The notes beneath the pieces are model-generated. The model was not told where the DNA came from. It did no database searches and saw only the letters and a list, made by a program, of their open reading frames with translations. From a virus (Duplodnaviria > Caudoviricetes): a DNA stretch of 63,628 nucleotides. This document shows, piece after piece, positions 27,559 to 36,554 of the stretch. The stretch's first letter is position 1. Each line of letters opens with the position of its first letter. The stretch lies in the IMG/VR virus record IMGVR_UViG_3300048554_000002, positions 1 to 63,628 of that record, one strand, 5' to 3'. Position numbers and translations under genes: made by a program.

Positions 27559-27863
27559 GTCATTGAAAACAAAGGAATGTATCATTTGTACCACTCGTGT
27601 ACCACTGCAAATGGGGTCTAAGTCATTGATTTCAAAGCAATGTAGCGTTTGTACCACTTTTATAAGTATATATATCTTCTTTTTATTGAAGGGTAAGAGA
27701 AGGGGCTTCTGGCCTAAAAACCCCATCACAAATCTAGGTATATCGTTATGGTACAAACGTAACATTGCTACATTCGTTTAATATCAACCACTTACAGACC
27801 ACCATGGTGGTACATGATGGTACATACAACCTTACGCAACCTTACACCACCAAACCACAAAAC

Positions 27864-27892
27864 TTGACACAGCCTGATACTTATGCTATACT
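27864..27892 (+). promoter_or_regulatory. Sigma70-type early promoter
   Basis: TTGACA-N17-TATACT with an extended TG. Confidence 0.85.
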
Positions 27893-27980
27893 GGTTATAA
27901 GTTAGGAGTAACCCTAGCCCAACCAAGCAAAATTCAAATCAACTTTCGGGCAACTGCCCGAAACACATGGAGGAACTAAA

Positions 27981-28190
27981 ATGTCAAAGACCGTAACTGC
28001 ACAAGGCTTCGCATGGTGTGGCAAGACACGCACCCATTCACTGCTCGTAACCTTTGAAGCGCGTAACCGCGTGGAGGCTGAAAACTGGATGAAGTACCAG
28101 AGCCGTTGGATGAAAGACTTGCGCATCGTACGCAACAACGACCAGTCTATTCTGGACGATCTGTTAGCATCTTATGGGGAGGCAGCGTAA
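27981..28190 (+). CDS. Hypothetical early protein
   Basis: 69 aa, RBS GGAGGA. Confidence 0.75.
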   Translation: MSKTVTAQGFAWCGKTRTHSLLVTFEARNRVEAENWMKYQSRWMKDLRIVRNNDQSILDDLLASYGEAA

Positions 28191-28405
28191 TGGCGCGTAA
28201 ACATTATACCCCCGAATGTGTTGGCTGCGGTGAAGTGTTCAGTGTTCGCCGTGCACGTCTTGGCTACAATGTGTGTCTGGAGTGTGGCGACTACCAAGCC
28301 ACAAAGCAACGCGCAAGTTGGTGCGTAGTACCGCTTCCCAAGCAAGGCTACACCCGCGTCACCAAAAAGGACGAGTTACTTAGCCTTAACCAGAAAACAC
28401 GTTAG
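28190..28405 (+). CDS. Small C4 Zn-finger protein (DksA/TraR-like spacing)
   Basis: Start at MARKHY (TAATG overlap), with CVGCG...RRARLGYNVCLECG. Confidence 0.7.
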   Translation: MARKHYTPECVGCGEVFSVRRARLGYNVCLECGDYQATKQRASWCVVPLPKQGYTRVTKKDELLSLNQKTR

Positions 28406-28433
28406 CGTGTGATCTACCATCAAACTGTATTAC

Positions 28434-28462
28434 TTGACACAACTCGATACTTGTGTTATATT
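28434..28462 (+). promoter_or_regulatory. Sigma70-type early promoter
   Basis: TTGACA-N17-TATATT with an extended TG. Spacer resembles that of the 27864 promoter. Confidence 0.82.
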
Positions 28463-28536
28463 AGGTGTACGAGCAATACCAAGAACACCTTAACAAACTT
28501 TCGGGCAACTGCCCGAAACTCAAATGGAGAAAGACA

Positions 28537-29523
28537 ATGAACATGGATTATGAGATTAACAACCAATTACTGCAAGACGCAGAAACGGCGGCGAAGGATT
28601 ATTGGGATGTAGATAAGGGCACGTTACGTGACTGCATCACCCAAGCACCGTCAATCAGTTCAGCGGCAATGATCGTGGACTTCAACGCATCCGTCTGGAC
28701 TGCGCGTAAGAAAGACCGCAAGGCATCGGATGATATCACTGACATGAACTATGCCGCCAAGGGTGTAGCCAATGTGTCTAAGAACCTACTGGGTGACTGC
28801 GAGGAATTACGCGCCGTCCAGAAGTTCGCAGGTAACGTGCGTAACATACACTACAGCATGACAATGCCATGGTCTGACAACGGCTCCCGACTGCTGACCA
28901 CGCAGCAATACTTCAAGTACAACGAAGTGATGACCGACCTGCAACAAGAGTTCGAGCGGTTGGTGGACGAGTTCTTGACTGTGTACGAGTGGAAGATCAT
29001 GGACGCGCAAGCCAAGCTAGGTGCTATGTTTCACCGTGACGAGTATCCCACGCGTGACAGTCTGCGTGACAAGTTCGGGTTCCGTGTGTCCTACGTGCCC
29101 TTGCCTGATAGTGGCGACTTTCGGATTGACATTGGCAACGAGGCTATGGTCACACTGCAAACCCAATATGAAACACACTACACGCAAGCCATCAAGACCG
29201 CGATGAATGACATATGGCACAAGCTGCATGACAATCTGACCACGCTTGCGCGACAACTCGACGTGAACGAGGAAGGCAAGGGCAACCGCCTGTATGACAG
29301 TGTGTTTGACCGAGCTATCGAGCTGACCGAGATGTTGGGTACGTGTAACGTAACAGGTGATAGTCAGATGGAAGCCATGAAGCGACAACTGGAACAGGCG
29401 TTTCATGTGTCGGGTGAACGCAGCTTGAACCTCGACCAGATCAAGAACAGCCCGTCATTGCGTGAAGAAACACGTAACAAAGTCACCGCAGCTATCGCTG
29501 CTCTACCAAGTCTGGACATGTAA
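28537..29523 (+). CDS. Helical hypothetical protein (DUF3150-like), first gene of the AAA/vWA module
   Basis: Start at MNMDYE after RBS GGAG, with motifs WTARKKD, TMPWSDNG and EYPT...DKF. Confidence 0.7.
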   Translation: MNMDYEINNQLLQDAETAAKDYWDVDKGTLRDCITQAPSISSAAMIVDFNASVWTARKKDRKASDDITDMNYAAKGVANVSKNLLGDCEELRAVQKFAGNVRNIHYSMTMPWSDNGSRLLTTQQYFKYNEVMTDLQQEFERLVDEFLTVYEWKIMDAQAKLGAMFHRDEYPTRDSLRDKFGFRVSYVPLPDSGDFRIDIGNEAMVTLQTQYETHYTQAIKTAMNDIWHKLHDNLTTLARQLDVNEEGKGNRLYDSVFDRAIELTEMLGTCNVTGDSQMEAMKRQLEQAFHVSGERSLNLDQIKNSPSLREETRNKVTAAIAALPSLDM

Positions 29524-29615
29524 TGTTTGGTGATTGGCAAGACTGGATCATTGGGGCAGCTACCGTTGCCCTGATATTACTATGGATTTTATCCGTATCA
29601 TTAAATTGGATTTAA
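29523..29615 (+). CDS. 30-aa single-TM peptide (not in ORF track)
   Basis: MFGDWQDWIIGAATVALILLWILSVSLNWI with TAATG coupling. Confidence 0.5.
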   Translation: MFGDWQDWIIGAATVALILLWILSVSLNWI

Positions 29616-29652
29616 CATTCGGGCAGGTGCCCGAAAACATGGAGAAGAACAA

Positions 29653-30744
29653 ATGAACAATGCACAACAAATGTACGCCCTCGACCTAGATCAGTGTGTA
29701 ACCGCGATCAAAGCAGTGGGTAAGCTACGCACCATCCTCATGGAAGGTGACATGGGTAACGGTAAATCATCAACCATACACACACTAGCAGATGACCTGC
29801 CCGATCACACGCCCTGCTACTTTGACTGCACCACCAAAGACATCGGTGACTTGAACCTGCCCAACATGGCGGTGATGAACGAGCAAGGCTATGTGACCTT
29901 TGTGCCCAACGAAGAATTGGGTGCGCATCTGGGTAAGCCGATCATCCTTATGATTGACGAGCTAGGCAAGGCCAACCCTGCTGTTAAGAACGCACTGCTA
30001 CGCGTCATGCAAGAACGTACGGTGGGTAGCATCAAGCTGCATCCTGACAGTATTGTGTACGCGACGACCAACAAAGGGTCCGAGGGTGTGGGTGACATGT
30101 TACCACCACATGCACGTAACCGTGTGTCCGTGGTACAGGTGCGTAAGACTGACCATATGAACTGGATCGAATGGGGTATCAACAACGGTATCGACCACAG
30201 CTTGCTTGGTTGGGTCAAAGACAACCCGCAACTCATGGCATCATTCGAGGAAGTCAAAGACCCTGATGAGAACCCGTACATCTTCCATCCCAAGCAACAG
30301 CGCAAAGCGTTTGTAACTCCTCGTACGTTACACGCTGCGTCTGACATATTACACCAACGTCATGCGTTCGATGACCAGACGCTAACGGCTCTGCTGATGG
30401 GTACTATCGGTGACCGTGGTGCTATGGACCTGATGGCGTTCGTCAAACTGGCTGACCAACTGCCAAGCCTACAGTCTATCAAGGACACGCCAAGTACGGC
30501 CAAGGTGCCTGACAGTGCCGCAGGTATTTGTATGGTTGTGTATCGTACACTCGCGTCTATCGAAGCTGACTGGCTTAACGCGTGGATGGACTACATGCCA
30601 CGTTTGGACGTGGAGGCACAGGGTATGTTCGCCAACGGTGTACGTGCACCCAAGTACAGTAAGCAGTCAATGGTGATGAAGAACAAGAAGTTCACCGCAT
30701 GGGCAATGCAGAACAACTACATGTTCGCAGCAGACAAACGATAA
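29653..30744 (+). CDS. AAA+ ATPase (MoxR/dynein-related)
   Basis: Walker A GDMGNGKSS, Walker B LMIDE, ATTN sensor and TPRT. Confidence 0.88.
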   Translation: MNNAQQMYALDLDQCVTAIKAVGKLRTILMEGDMGNGKSSTIHTLADDLPDHTPCYFDCTTKDIGDLNLPNMAVMNEQGYVTFVPNEELGAHLGKPIILMIDELGKANPAVKNALLRVMQERTVGSIKLHPDSIVYATTNKGSEGVGDMLPPHARNRVSVVQVRKTDHMNWIEWGINNGIDHSLLGWVKDNPQLMASFEEVKDPDENPYIFHPKQQRKAFVTPRTLHAASDILHQRHAFDDQTLTALLMGTIGDRGAMDLMAFVKLADQLPSLQSIKDTPSTAKVPDSAAGICMVVYRTLASIEADWLNAWMDYMPRLDVEAQGMFANGVRAPKYSKQSMVMKNKKFTAWAMQNNYMFAADKR

Positions 30745-30768
30745 TTCGGGCAGGTGCCCGAAAGGAGA

Positions 30769-31974
30769 ATGACAATGTTAGCAATAGGTAAACAACTAAC
30801 GGAAGAACAACGGCTATCCAAAGCAGTCGTTGATATCATGCCGCGCATCCCTGAGATATCGGGGTTGCTGATGATCGGTGAACGTAAGATTGACGAGACG
30901 GTGCCAACAGCCTGTACCAACGGACGTGACGAGTGGTACGGTAGGGCGTTCGTGGCTGCACATAACGATGCAGAGTTACGGTTCGTCGTGATACACGAGG
31001 TATTCCACAAGATGTATCGTCACTTGGTAACGTGGGCGCATCTGTGGAAGATATGTCCGCGCACTGCCAACATCGCAATGGACTACGATATCAATGGCAA
31101 GATCATTGACGAGTACGGCCAAGATGGTTGGGTCACGATGCCCAAGGGTGGATGCTATGATCCTAAGTACAAGGGTTGGGGTACGGCTAAAATCTTCTGG
31201 GATATCTATGATCCTGATGCAGCCAACGATCAGCCGCAAGGTGGTAAGCCTGACGATGGACATCCTCAAGGGTTCGACGATCACGATTGGGAAGGTGCAC
31301 AAGACATGACACCCGACGAGCAGCGTGAGATACAACGCGAGGTGGACGAGGCCATACGTCAAGGCTCACTTGTTGCAGGTAAGATGGGCAGCGGTGGCAG
31401 TCGTGACATGGAAGAATTGCTGAAGCCCAAGGTGGATTGGCGCGAGGTGTTGCGTGAGTTTGTGCAAACAACCTGTGCAGGTAGCGATTACTCGACGTGG
31501 AAGAAACCTAACAGGCGTTACGTGGGAGCTGGTATCTACATGCCAAGCGGTATCTCAGAACAAGTTGAGTGCATCGCAGAACACAACGACATGTCTGGTT
31601 CCATCGGCAAGCGTGAACAGCAGATAATGATTAGTGAGTTGGTTGGTATCTGTGAAGCGGTCAAGCCTGACGAGTTACACGTAAGCTATTGGGATACGAA
31701 AGTCTGTGGGTACGAGAAGTATACCAACGACGAACTGGATACCGTAGCGGCCAAGACGAACCCTGTGGGTGGTGGCGGCACTGATGTAACCTGTGTGCCT
31801 GAGTACATGAGTGCGAACGGTATCAAGCCGCAAGCGTCTGTCGTGTTTACAGATGGCTACCTCTACGGTGGTTGGGGTACGTGGGATCATCCTGTGCTGT
31901 GGGTGATCGTGGATAACAAGAACGCCAAGCCCGATCACGGTGTGACGGTGCATGTACAATCGGAGGATTTATGA
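30769..31974 (+). CDS. Metallopeptidase-vWA fusion (DUF2201-like)
   Basis: PTACTNG and HEVFH zinc motif, plus vWA MIDAS motifs DMSGS...GGGGTD...VFTDG. Confidence 0.85.
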   Translation: MTMLAIGKQLTEEQRLSKAVVDIMPRIPEISGLLMIGERKIDETVPTACTNGRDEWYGRAFVAAHNDAELRFVVIHEVFHKMYRHLVTWAHLWKICPRTANIAMDYDINGKIIDEYGQDGWVTMPKGGCYDPKYKGWGTAKIFWDIYDPDAANDQPQGGKPDDGHPQGFDDHDWEGAQDMTPDEQREIQREVDEAIRQGSLVAGKMGSGGSRDMEELLKPKVDWREVLREFVQTTCAGSDYSTWKKPNRRYVGAGIYMPSGISEQVECIAEHNDMSGSIGKREQQIMISELVGICEAVKPDELHVSYWDTKVCGYEKYTNDELDTVAAKTNPVGGGGTDVTCVPEYMSANGIKPQASVVFTDGYLYGGWGTWDHPVLWVIVDNKNAKPDHGVTVHVQSEDL

Positions 31975-32153
31975 TGGGTAACATGTTTGTAGATAATCCG
32001 TTTATCGCATGTCCTGAGTGTGACGGTACAGGTGAACAGACGCGTGAACGTGCTGTGCCTATGAGTTTCACAAATCCGTACGGGTACTTGGAAGAATACC
32101 AAGTGGAGTGCGACAACTGCCGTGGGTTAGGGGAGATAGAACGTGACGAATGA
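31971..32153 (+). CDS. Small DnaJ-type Zn-finger protein
   Basis: CPECDGTG...CDNCRGLG. Confidence 0.7.
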   Translation: MMGNMFVDNPFIACPECDGTGEQTRERAVPMSFTNPYGYLEEYQVECDNCRGLGEIERDE

Positions 32154-32310
32154 AGAGCGTACGTCCGATGTTCTACCTAACACGTTAGAGGCAGAGCTGA
32201 AGGCTATGGGCATCATGTCCGTAGAACCCGAAGAACCAGAGCCGAAGGTGGTGCGTGACTTCACCTTCAAAATGCCAACCTTTGATGAAAATGGAGAACC
32301 AGACTTTTGA
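32143..32310 (+). CDS. Small acidic protein (55 aa, not in ORF track)
   Basis: GTG start after GGGGAG, ends ...PTFDENGEPDF, fills the gap. Confidence 0.6.
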   Translation: MTNEERTSDVLPNTLEAELKAMGIMSVEPEEPEPKVVRDFTFKMPTFDENGEPDF

Positions 32311-32528
32311 TAGAATATTTTACTATCCTCATCCTAACTTACACGGTGGGTGAGTACGATCTGCAATCTAGGATCGTGTTTCCGAGTGCCAAGTTATGTG
32401 GTGATGCGCTACCTGCGTATTATGAACCAATCTATGCGTTTGACAAAAACAGCATGGCTCAATGCGAACGGACAGATGAAATGTCCAAAACAATAAGGCC
32501 AAAACTAAGGCCACAAACTGGAGAATGA
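32307..32528 (+). CDS. Small hypothetical protein with hydrophobic N-terminus
   Basis: 73 aa, RBS GGAG, TTG start, two Cys. Confidence 0.6.
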   Translation: MIEYFTILILTYTVGEYDLQSRIVFPSAKLCGDALPAYYEPIYAFDKNSMAQCERTDEMSKTIRPKLRPQTGE

Positions 32529-33247
32529 CCGTCATGGTTACACCAAATTTTGCCCCCAAGAGCAACAAGTCTTGGACAAGTAAAGAGTTGGAACAGCTTA
32601 TCTCTTTGAAGCTCGAAGGTTATACCTACAAGGATATTGCCGACCATTTAGGACGCACCGAGAAGGCGGTGCAAGTGAAGATGTCCAAGTGGAACAATAG
32701 CATGGCACAAACGTCAAAACGTGCTACTGCGTTGGCAAACGAAGAGCCATTCGATATCGCTGCGCTTGTTGATGATAAACCCGTACGGGCCAAACCAAAG
32801 TATTACTTACGTCATGTTACGTTTGAGACAAAGGAACAGGCCAAGGCGATGGGCGCACGTTGGGATGGTATGTGTTGGTTCATTCCCGATACCGTGACAG
32901 GTGACGCGCGTAAAGCGTTGACCACGGAGTATGGTCCTGTGTTCTACGGCAATCACTCGCGTAAGGGTAAGGGCCAATGGGATGCGTTCACCCCTGCCGA
33001 GTTGGATGACACCAAAGCAAAAGTGCAGTCCGAACCTGACCCGGGCAGACCTCACGTACAGGCCAAGTCAAAACCTGTTACACAGAAGAAGGTACAGCCC
33101 GTCGCTGAATCAAAGCGTACCGATCCCAAGGTTACCACTGCTGTCGATACAAACGTGTTTACTATCCGTATACCCAAGCGTCTTGTCTGGGGGGTACTGG
33201 TATCTGCGTTGGTAGTCGCTGCGTGGTACGTGGGCAAATCATTCTAA
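32525..33247 (+). CDS. Myb/GcrA-like HTH plus DUF5710-like domain plus C-terminal TM helix
   Basis: WTSKELEQL...YKDIADHLGRTEKAV, then KEQAKAMGARWDG, then LVWGVLVSALVVAAWYV. Confidence 0.7.
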   Translation: MTVMVTPNFAPKSNKSWTSKELEQLISLKLEGYTYKDIADHLGRTEKAVQVKMSKWNNSMAQTSKRATALANEEPFDIAALVDDKPVRAKPKYYLRHVTFETKEQAKAMGARWDGMCWFIPDTVTGDARKALTTEYGPVFYGNHSRKGKGQWDAFTPAELDDTKAKVQSEPDPGRPHVQAKSKPVTQKKVQPVAESKRTDPKVTTAVDTNVFTIRIPKRLVWGVLVSALVVAAWYVGKSF

Positions 33248-33313
33248 TTCGGGCAACTGCCCGAAATCAAACGGGGTGGCGTGGTGTCACCCCACAACAA
33301 ATGGAGAAATACA

Positions 33314-34327
33314 ATGGCCTTATATTGGCAAAACAGACACCTAATGTCCTTTGATAAAGTGGCGGCAACATACGATGCTATCAAACCGCTGCGTGGTAAA
33401 CTCAGTGATGCTAACGTACGTCCTCTTGGTGACCGTGCGCGTAAGTGGGAGCGGATCAAAAAGATCAACAACAACTGCTACGTGCTGACAGACGGGTATC
33501 ACACTGGTGATGATGTGTTTAAGAGTTGGGGTTACAACCATAAAACAGGTAAACCAACCGAAGCAGAAATGATTAACCTTGCACCAATCGTGTGGCGTAG
33601 ACACAGAGATGGTACGACGACAATCAAGGTGCGTAACGGTACAGGTCAAGGTGCACACAACGGTCGGTATAGTTTCTTAGACAGACACCTGCCAAACGGT
33701 ATGCGGTTCATCGTTCGCAACGGCAAACACTTTATATCGTTGGGTCACGGCACCACTTACAAGGAATATTATCTTGCTAAGAGTAACACGTTAGCTGCGT
33801 GGGCATTGCCTGACGATGCACAGAGAAATCAGTGGACCAAAGACTTCACATCCCGTGATGATGGTGTGGCGCTGACGTTTCGTGTTGCCGATGACAAAAT
33901 AACTTTTGTGGACGGTGGTAAGGGGTTGCCTGTTGCGCCCAAGGTTCGGGTAGATAAGAAAGCCAAAGCCAAGATGAAGGATGCTATTGCTGAGTTCCGT
34001 GAGTGGGCGTTCACCATGTATCCTTTGTTACCTACCAACGACTACGAGTATAACAATCGTATCCGTGATGAAATACGCAACGTGATAGGTGGCTACGGGT
34101 GGCATATAACTGGTAGTTTTAGTGACGATCCAGAGTTTACGCGTACGGTAATAAATGACCCTGACCACGGGTTACGTCTGCACCTGATGTACGGGATCAT
34201 GGGTGAGACTGACTACCATCTGCGTCACACGTTTGACAGTGATGCGGATCATGTGAAGACTGTCAAATCGCAATTCAACCGTAAAATCAACAAAGTCTGT
34301 GGTTTTACAAAACAAGTGAGAGGATAA
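33314..34327 (+). CDS. Hypothetical protein
   Basis: Start at MALYWQ after RBS GGAG, about 337 aa. Confidence 0.75.
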   Translation: MALYWQNRHLMSFDKVAATYDAIKPLRGKLSDANVRPLGDRARKWERIKKINNNCYVLTDGYHTGDDVFKSWGYNHKTGKPTEAEMINLAPIVWRRHRDGTTTIKVRNGTGQGAHNGRYSFLDRHLPNGMRFIVRNGKHFISLGHGTTYKEYYLAKSNTLAAWALPDDAQRNQWTKDFTSRDDGVALTFRVADDKITFVDGGKGLPVAPKVRVDKKAKAKMKDAIAEFREWAFTMYPLLPTNDYEYNNRIRDEIRNVIGGYGWHITGSFSDDPEFTRTVINDPDHGLRLHLMYGIMGETDYHLRHTFDSDADHVKTVKSQFNRKINKVCGFTKQVRG

Positions 34328-34330
34328 AAA

Positions 34331-35239
34331 ATGTCTATAAGCCATACAACAGTGGACGCCGCCAAAGAATATGCGGCTGAATATATGCGTAAGCGTGGGT
34401 GCGTATCGCACGAACAAGATCAGTATGTGAAACCTCAACTGTACGAGTTCGTTCGCGCAATAGAGAAAACGCTACGCGTAAAGACCATACCGCGCTGTGA
34501 CAAGACAGTACATGTGTACCGCGAGGGTGACCTGATGACTATGGGTTACATTGGGTATGGCGACTTTGCGACCAGTGTGAACGGGGGTAACAAGTTTATA
34601 GTATGTGCGCGTGGTATTGAGAATATGAAGTATTCTACCAGTGGAAACCAACACAACATGCGTATGGCGATCAACATGGATACCGCCGTGAAACATGCTA
34701 AGAGACACCTTGTATCTTACACTGTGGGAGAATGTGCTCTTGCTATGGTGCGCGATGTCACGGGAGAGGTAAACACGTTCCGAAATGCAGTACAGAGTAA
34801 GTATGACGAAACTATACAGTCGGTGGGGATAAACACACGCGGTTACGGTCCAGACAAGAAAGCCGCAGAACGTTTGATGGCCGAGCTACGAACCATGGTG
34901 CAGTCTGGGCATACGTTCATCGACAAGGAGCTTAATGCTGCCGTACATACTATGTTTGAGCAACAGGAAGAAGCCAACAGGTTCAGGGATCGGGCTGTGC
35001 CTATGGACTTTGTGAACATTGCCGAGCGATGGGGTAAACAAGTGGTCAACTGTGCGCGTATCAAAGACGTGACCACAAGCTACAATCCCGAGGTAGAGAT
35101 GGTACGATCTTACGAACCAGACGAGGTGTCGGAAGATATGCAGCACAAGTGCGCTGCTATGAGTATGTGTGAGGATGGTCACTTCGTAGAGGGTGTGGGG
35201 TACAAAGTAAATGCCCATACGTTTTACCTCTACGTGTGA
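34331..35239 (+). CDS. Hypothetical protein
   Basis: 302 aa, RBS GAGG. Confidence 0.75.
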   Translation: MSISHTTVDAAKEYAAEYMRKRGCVSHEQDQYVKPQLYEFVRAIEKTLRVKTIPRCDKTVHVYREGDLMTMGYIGYGDFATSVNGGNKFIVCARGIENMKYSTSGNQHNMRMAINMDTAVKHAKRHLVSYTVGECALAMVRDVTGEVNTFRNAVQSKYDETIQSVGINTRGYGPDKKAAERLMAELRTMVQSGHTFIDKELNAAVHTMFEQQEEANRFRDRAVPMDFVNIAERWGKQVVNCARIKDVTTSYNPEVEMVRSYEPDEVSEDMQHKCAAMSMCEDGHFVEGVGYKVNAHTFYLYV

Positions 35240-35502
35240 GGTGTTACACTGTGACACCAACCAATGACATCACTTACAACATACAGATACACCATACCAC
35301 CAAAACTGTCCAAGTGGCATGTATAGGTATGAATTGTGTTGACGCAGACTTAAAAGGCTATTATATGTCTGTAGACGATCTACCGCTATGGGTGCAGGAC
35401 AGGTTGTCTGTGCTTATGATGTTGGACGTACCACCTCCTCTTAACGATGTGGATGGGGTGGGTAGCAGACTAGGGCCATATACTTATTGGGTCTACAAAT
35501 AA
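35236..35502 (+). CDS. Hypothetical protein
   Basis: 88 aa (start possibly GTG at 35251), with DDLPLWVQDRLSVL...GVG motif. Confidence 0.65.
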   Translation: MRCYTVTPTNDITYNIQIHHTTKTVQVACIGMNCVDADLKGYYMSVDDLPLWVQDRLSVLMMLDVPPPLNDVDGVGSRLGPYTYWVYK

Positions 35503-35571
35503 ATTCGGGCAGATGCCCGAAACCGCGAGGCGGTCACCGCTGCCTCGCTACTGGTATCTTGGAGGACGACA

Positions 35572-35874
35572 ATGACACCCGAAGCAAAAGTTAAAAAGAA
35601 AGTGGTAGAGCAGCTAAAGCAATTACGCGCCTACTACTTCTACCCTGTAACAGGTGGCTACGGACGTAGTGGTGTACCTGACATCATAGGGTGTTACGAA
35701 GGATTATTTTTTGGGATCGAATGTAAGGCAGGGAACAACAAACCCACACCATTGCAGGAGAAGAACCTAAAAGAAATACGTGCCGCAGGGGGATTGGACA
35801 TGGTTGTTAATGAGGACAACATGCACACGGTAATGGACGAGTTACGTGCATGGTCTATGGTCCCAGACGGTTAA
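35572..35874 (+). CDS. VRR-NUC domain nuclease (Holliday-junction-resolvase-like)
   Basis: MTPEAKVK...GVPDIIGC...GIECKA...TPLQ. Confidence 0.88.
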   Translation: MTPEAKVKKKVVEQLKQLRAYYFYPVTGGYGRSGVPDIIGCYEGLFFGIECKAGNNKPTPLQEKNLKEIRAAGGLDMVVNEDNMHTVMDELRAWSMVPDG

Positions 35875-36050
35875 CCCAAGCTGTGAGTGGGTTGCGGGTT
35901 TATGGATATTGTCCCGCGAAAACCGCAGCAGTACGAGCAACGCCCTCCATGATATTACTCATTGCGTTTGTGATCGTACCGAAGAAACCGCGTCATGGTT
36001 AGTCCCTGTGGCTTCTAACATGGGGCACCACTTTAACAATGGAGGAACCT

Positions 36051-36239
36051 ATGGGTGACGAGCAGTTAACTACGTTTCAAGAAGCCAACCTAAAATGGTT
36101 GAAGCGGCAGGTTGATAACTTACAGGATGAACAGCACCGTGCAGATGCGCGGCCTCGCGTACAACAGGAACTTTGGGCTGCGCGTGAGGAGCTTGATAAC
36201 TACGTCAAGACGCTGCGTGACCACGGTATAAAAATATGA
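36051..36239 (+). CDS. Small coiled-coil protein
   Basis: Start at MGDEQ after RBS GGAGGA. Confidence 0.65.
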   Translation: MGDEQLTTFQEANLKWLKRQVDNLQDEQHRADARPRVQQELWAAREELDNYVKTLRDHGIKI

Positions 36240-36550
36240 ACGAACAGGAACGTGTAAAATACGAGGAGTTGTACCGACAAAAGTGGGAGCAGCAAATTAA
36301 AAAAGATAAGAAAGATAATCCTCGTTTAGTAACAAGTAACAGGTACATAAACAACGCCATGCACAAAGAAAATGGTTCAAAGGGTGGTAGACCCAGAAAG
36401 GAGGAGAACAAACTAAAACTGACAAAGGACGCTGAAGTGTTGAACCGCATGTTGCAGCGTAAGATGACGTTAGGAGACGCCGCAGAAATAATGGGCATAA
36501 GCCGAAAATGGGCGTCAACGTTAAAAAATAAATATGATTTGCCAAGATAG
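36236..36550 (+). CDS. HTH DNA-binding protein
   Basis: 104 aa with NGSKGGRP and C-terminal TLGDAAEIMGISRKWAS. Confidence 0.7.
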   Translation: MNEQERVKYEELYRQKWEQQIKKDKKDNPRLVTSNRYINNAMHKENGSKGGRPRKEENKLKLTKDAEVLNRMLQRKMTLGDAAEIMGISRKWASTLKNKYDLPR

Positions 36551-36554
36551 GAGA

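Noticed and set aside
28337-28366. Gapped match of array unit 3 to PKQGYTRVTK (6 of 10 dinucleotides)
   Set aside because: This level of match is expected by chance in a 63-kb genome.
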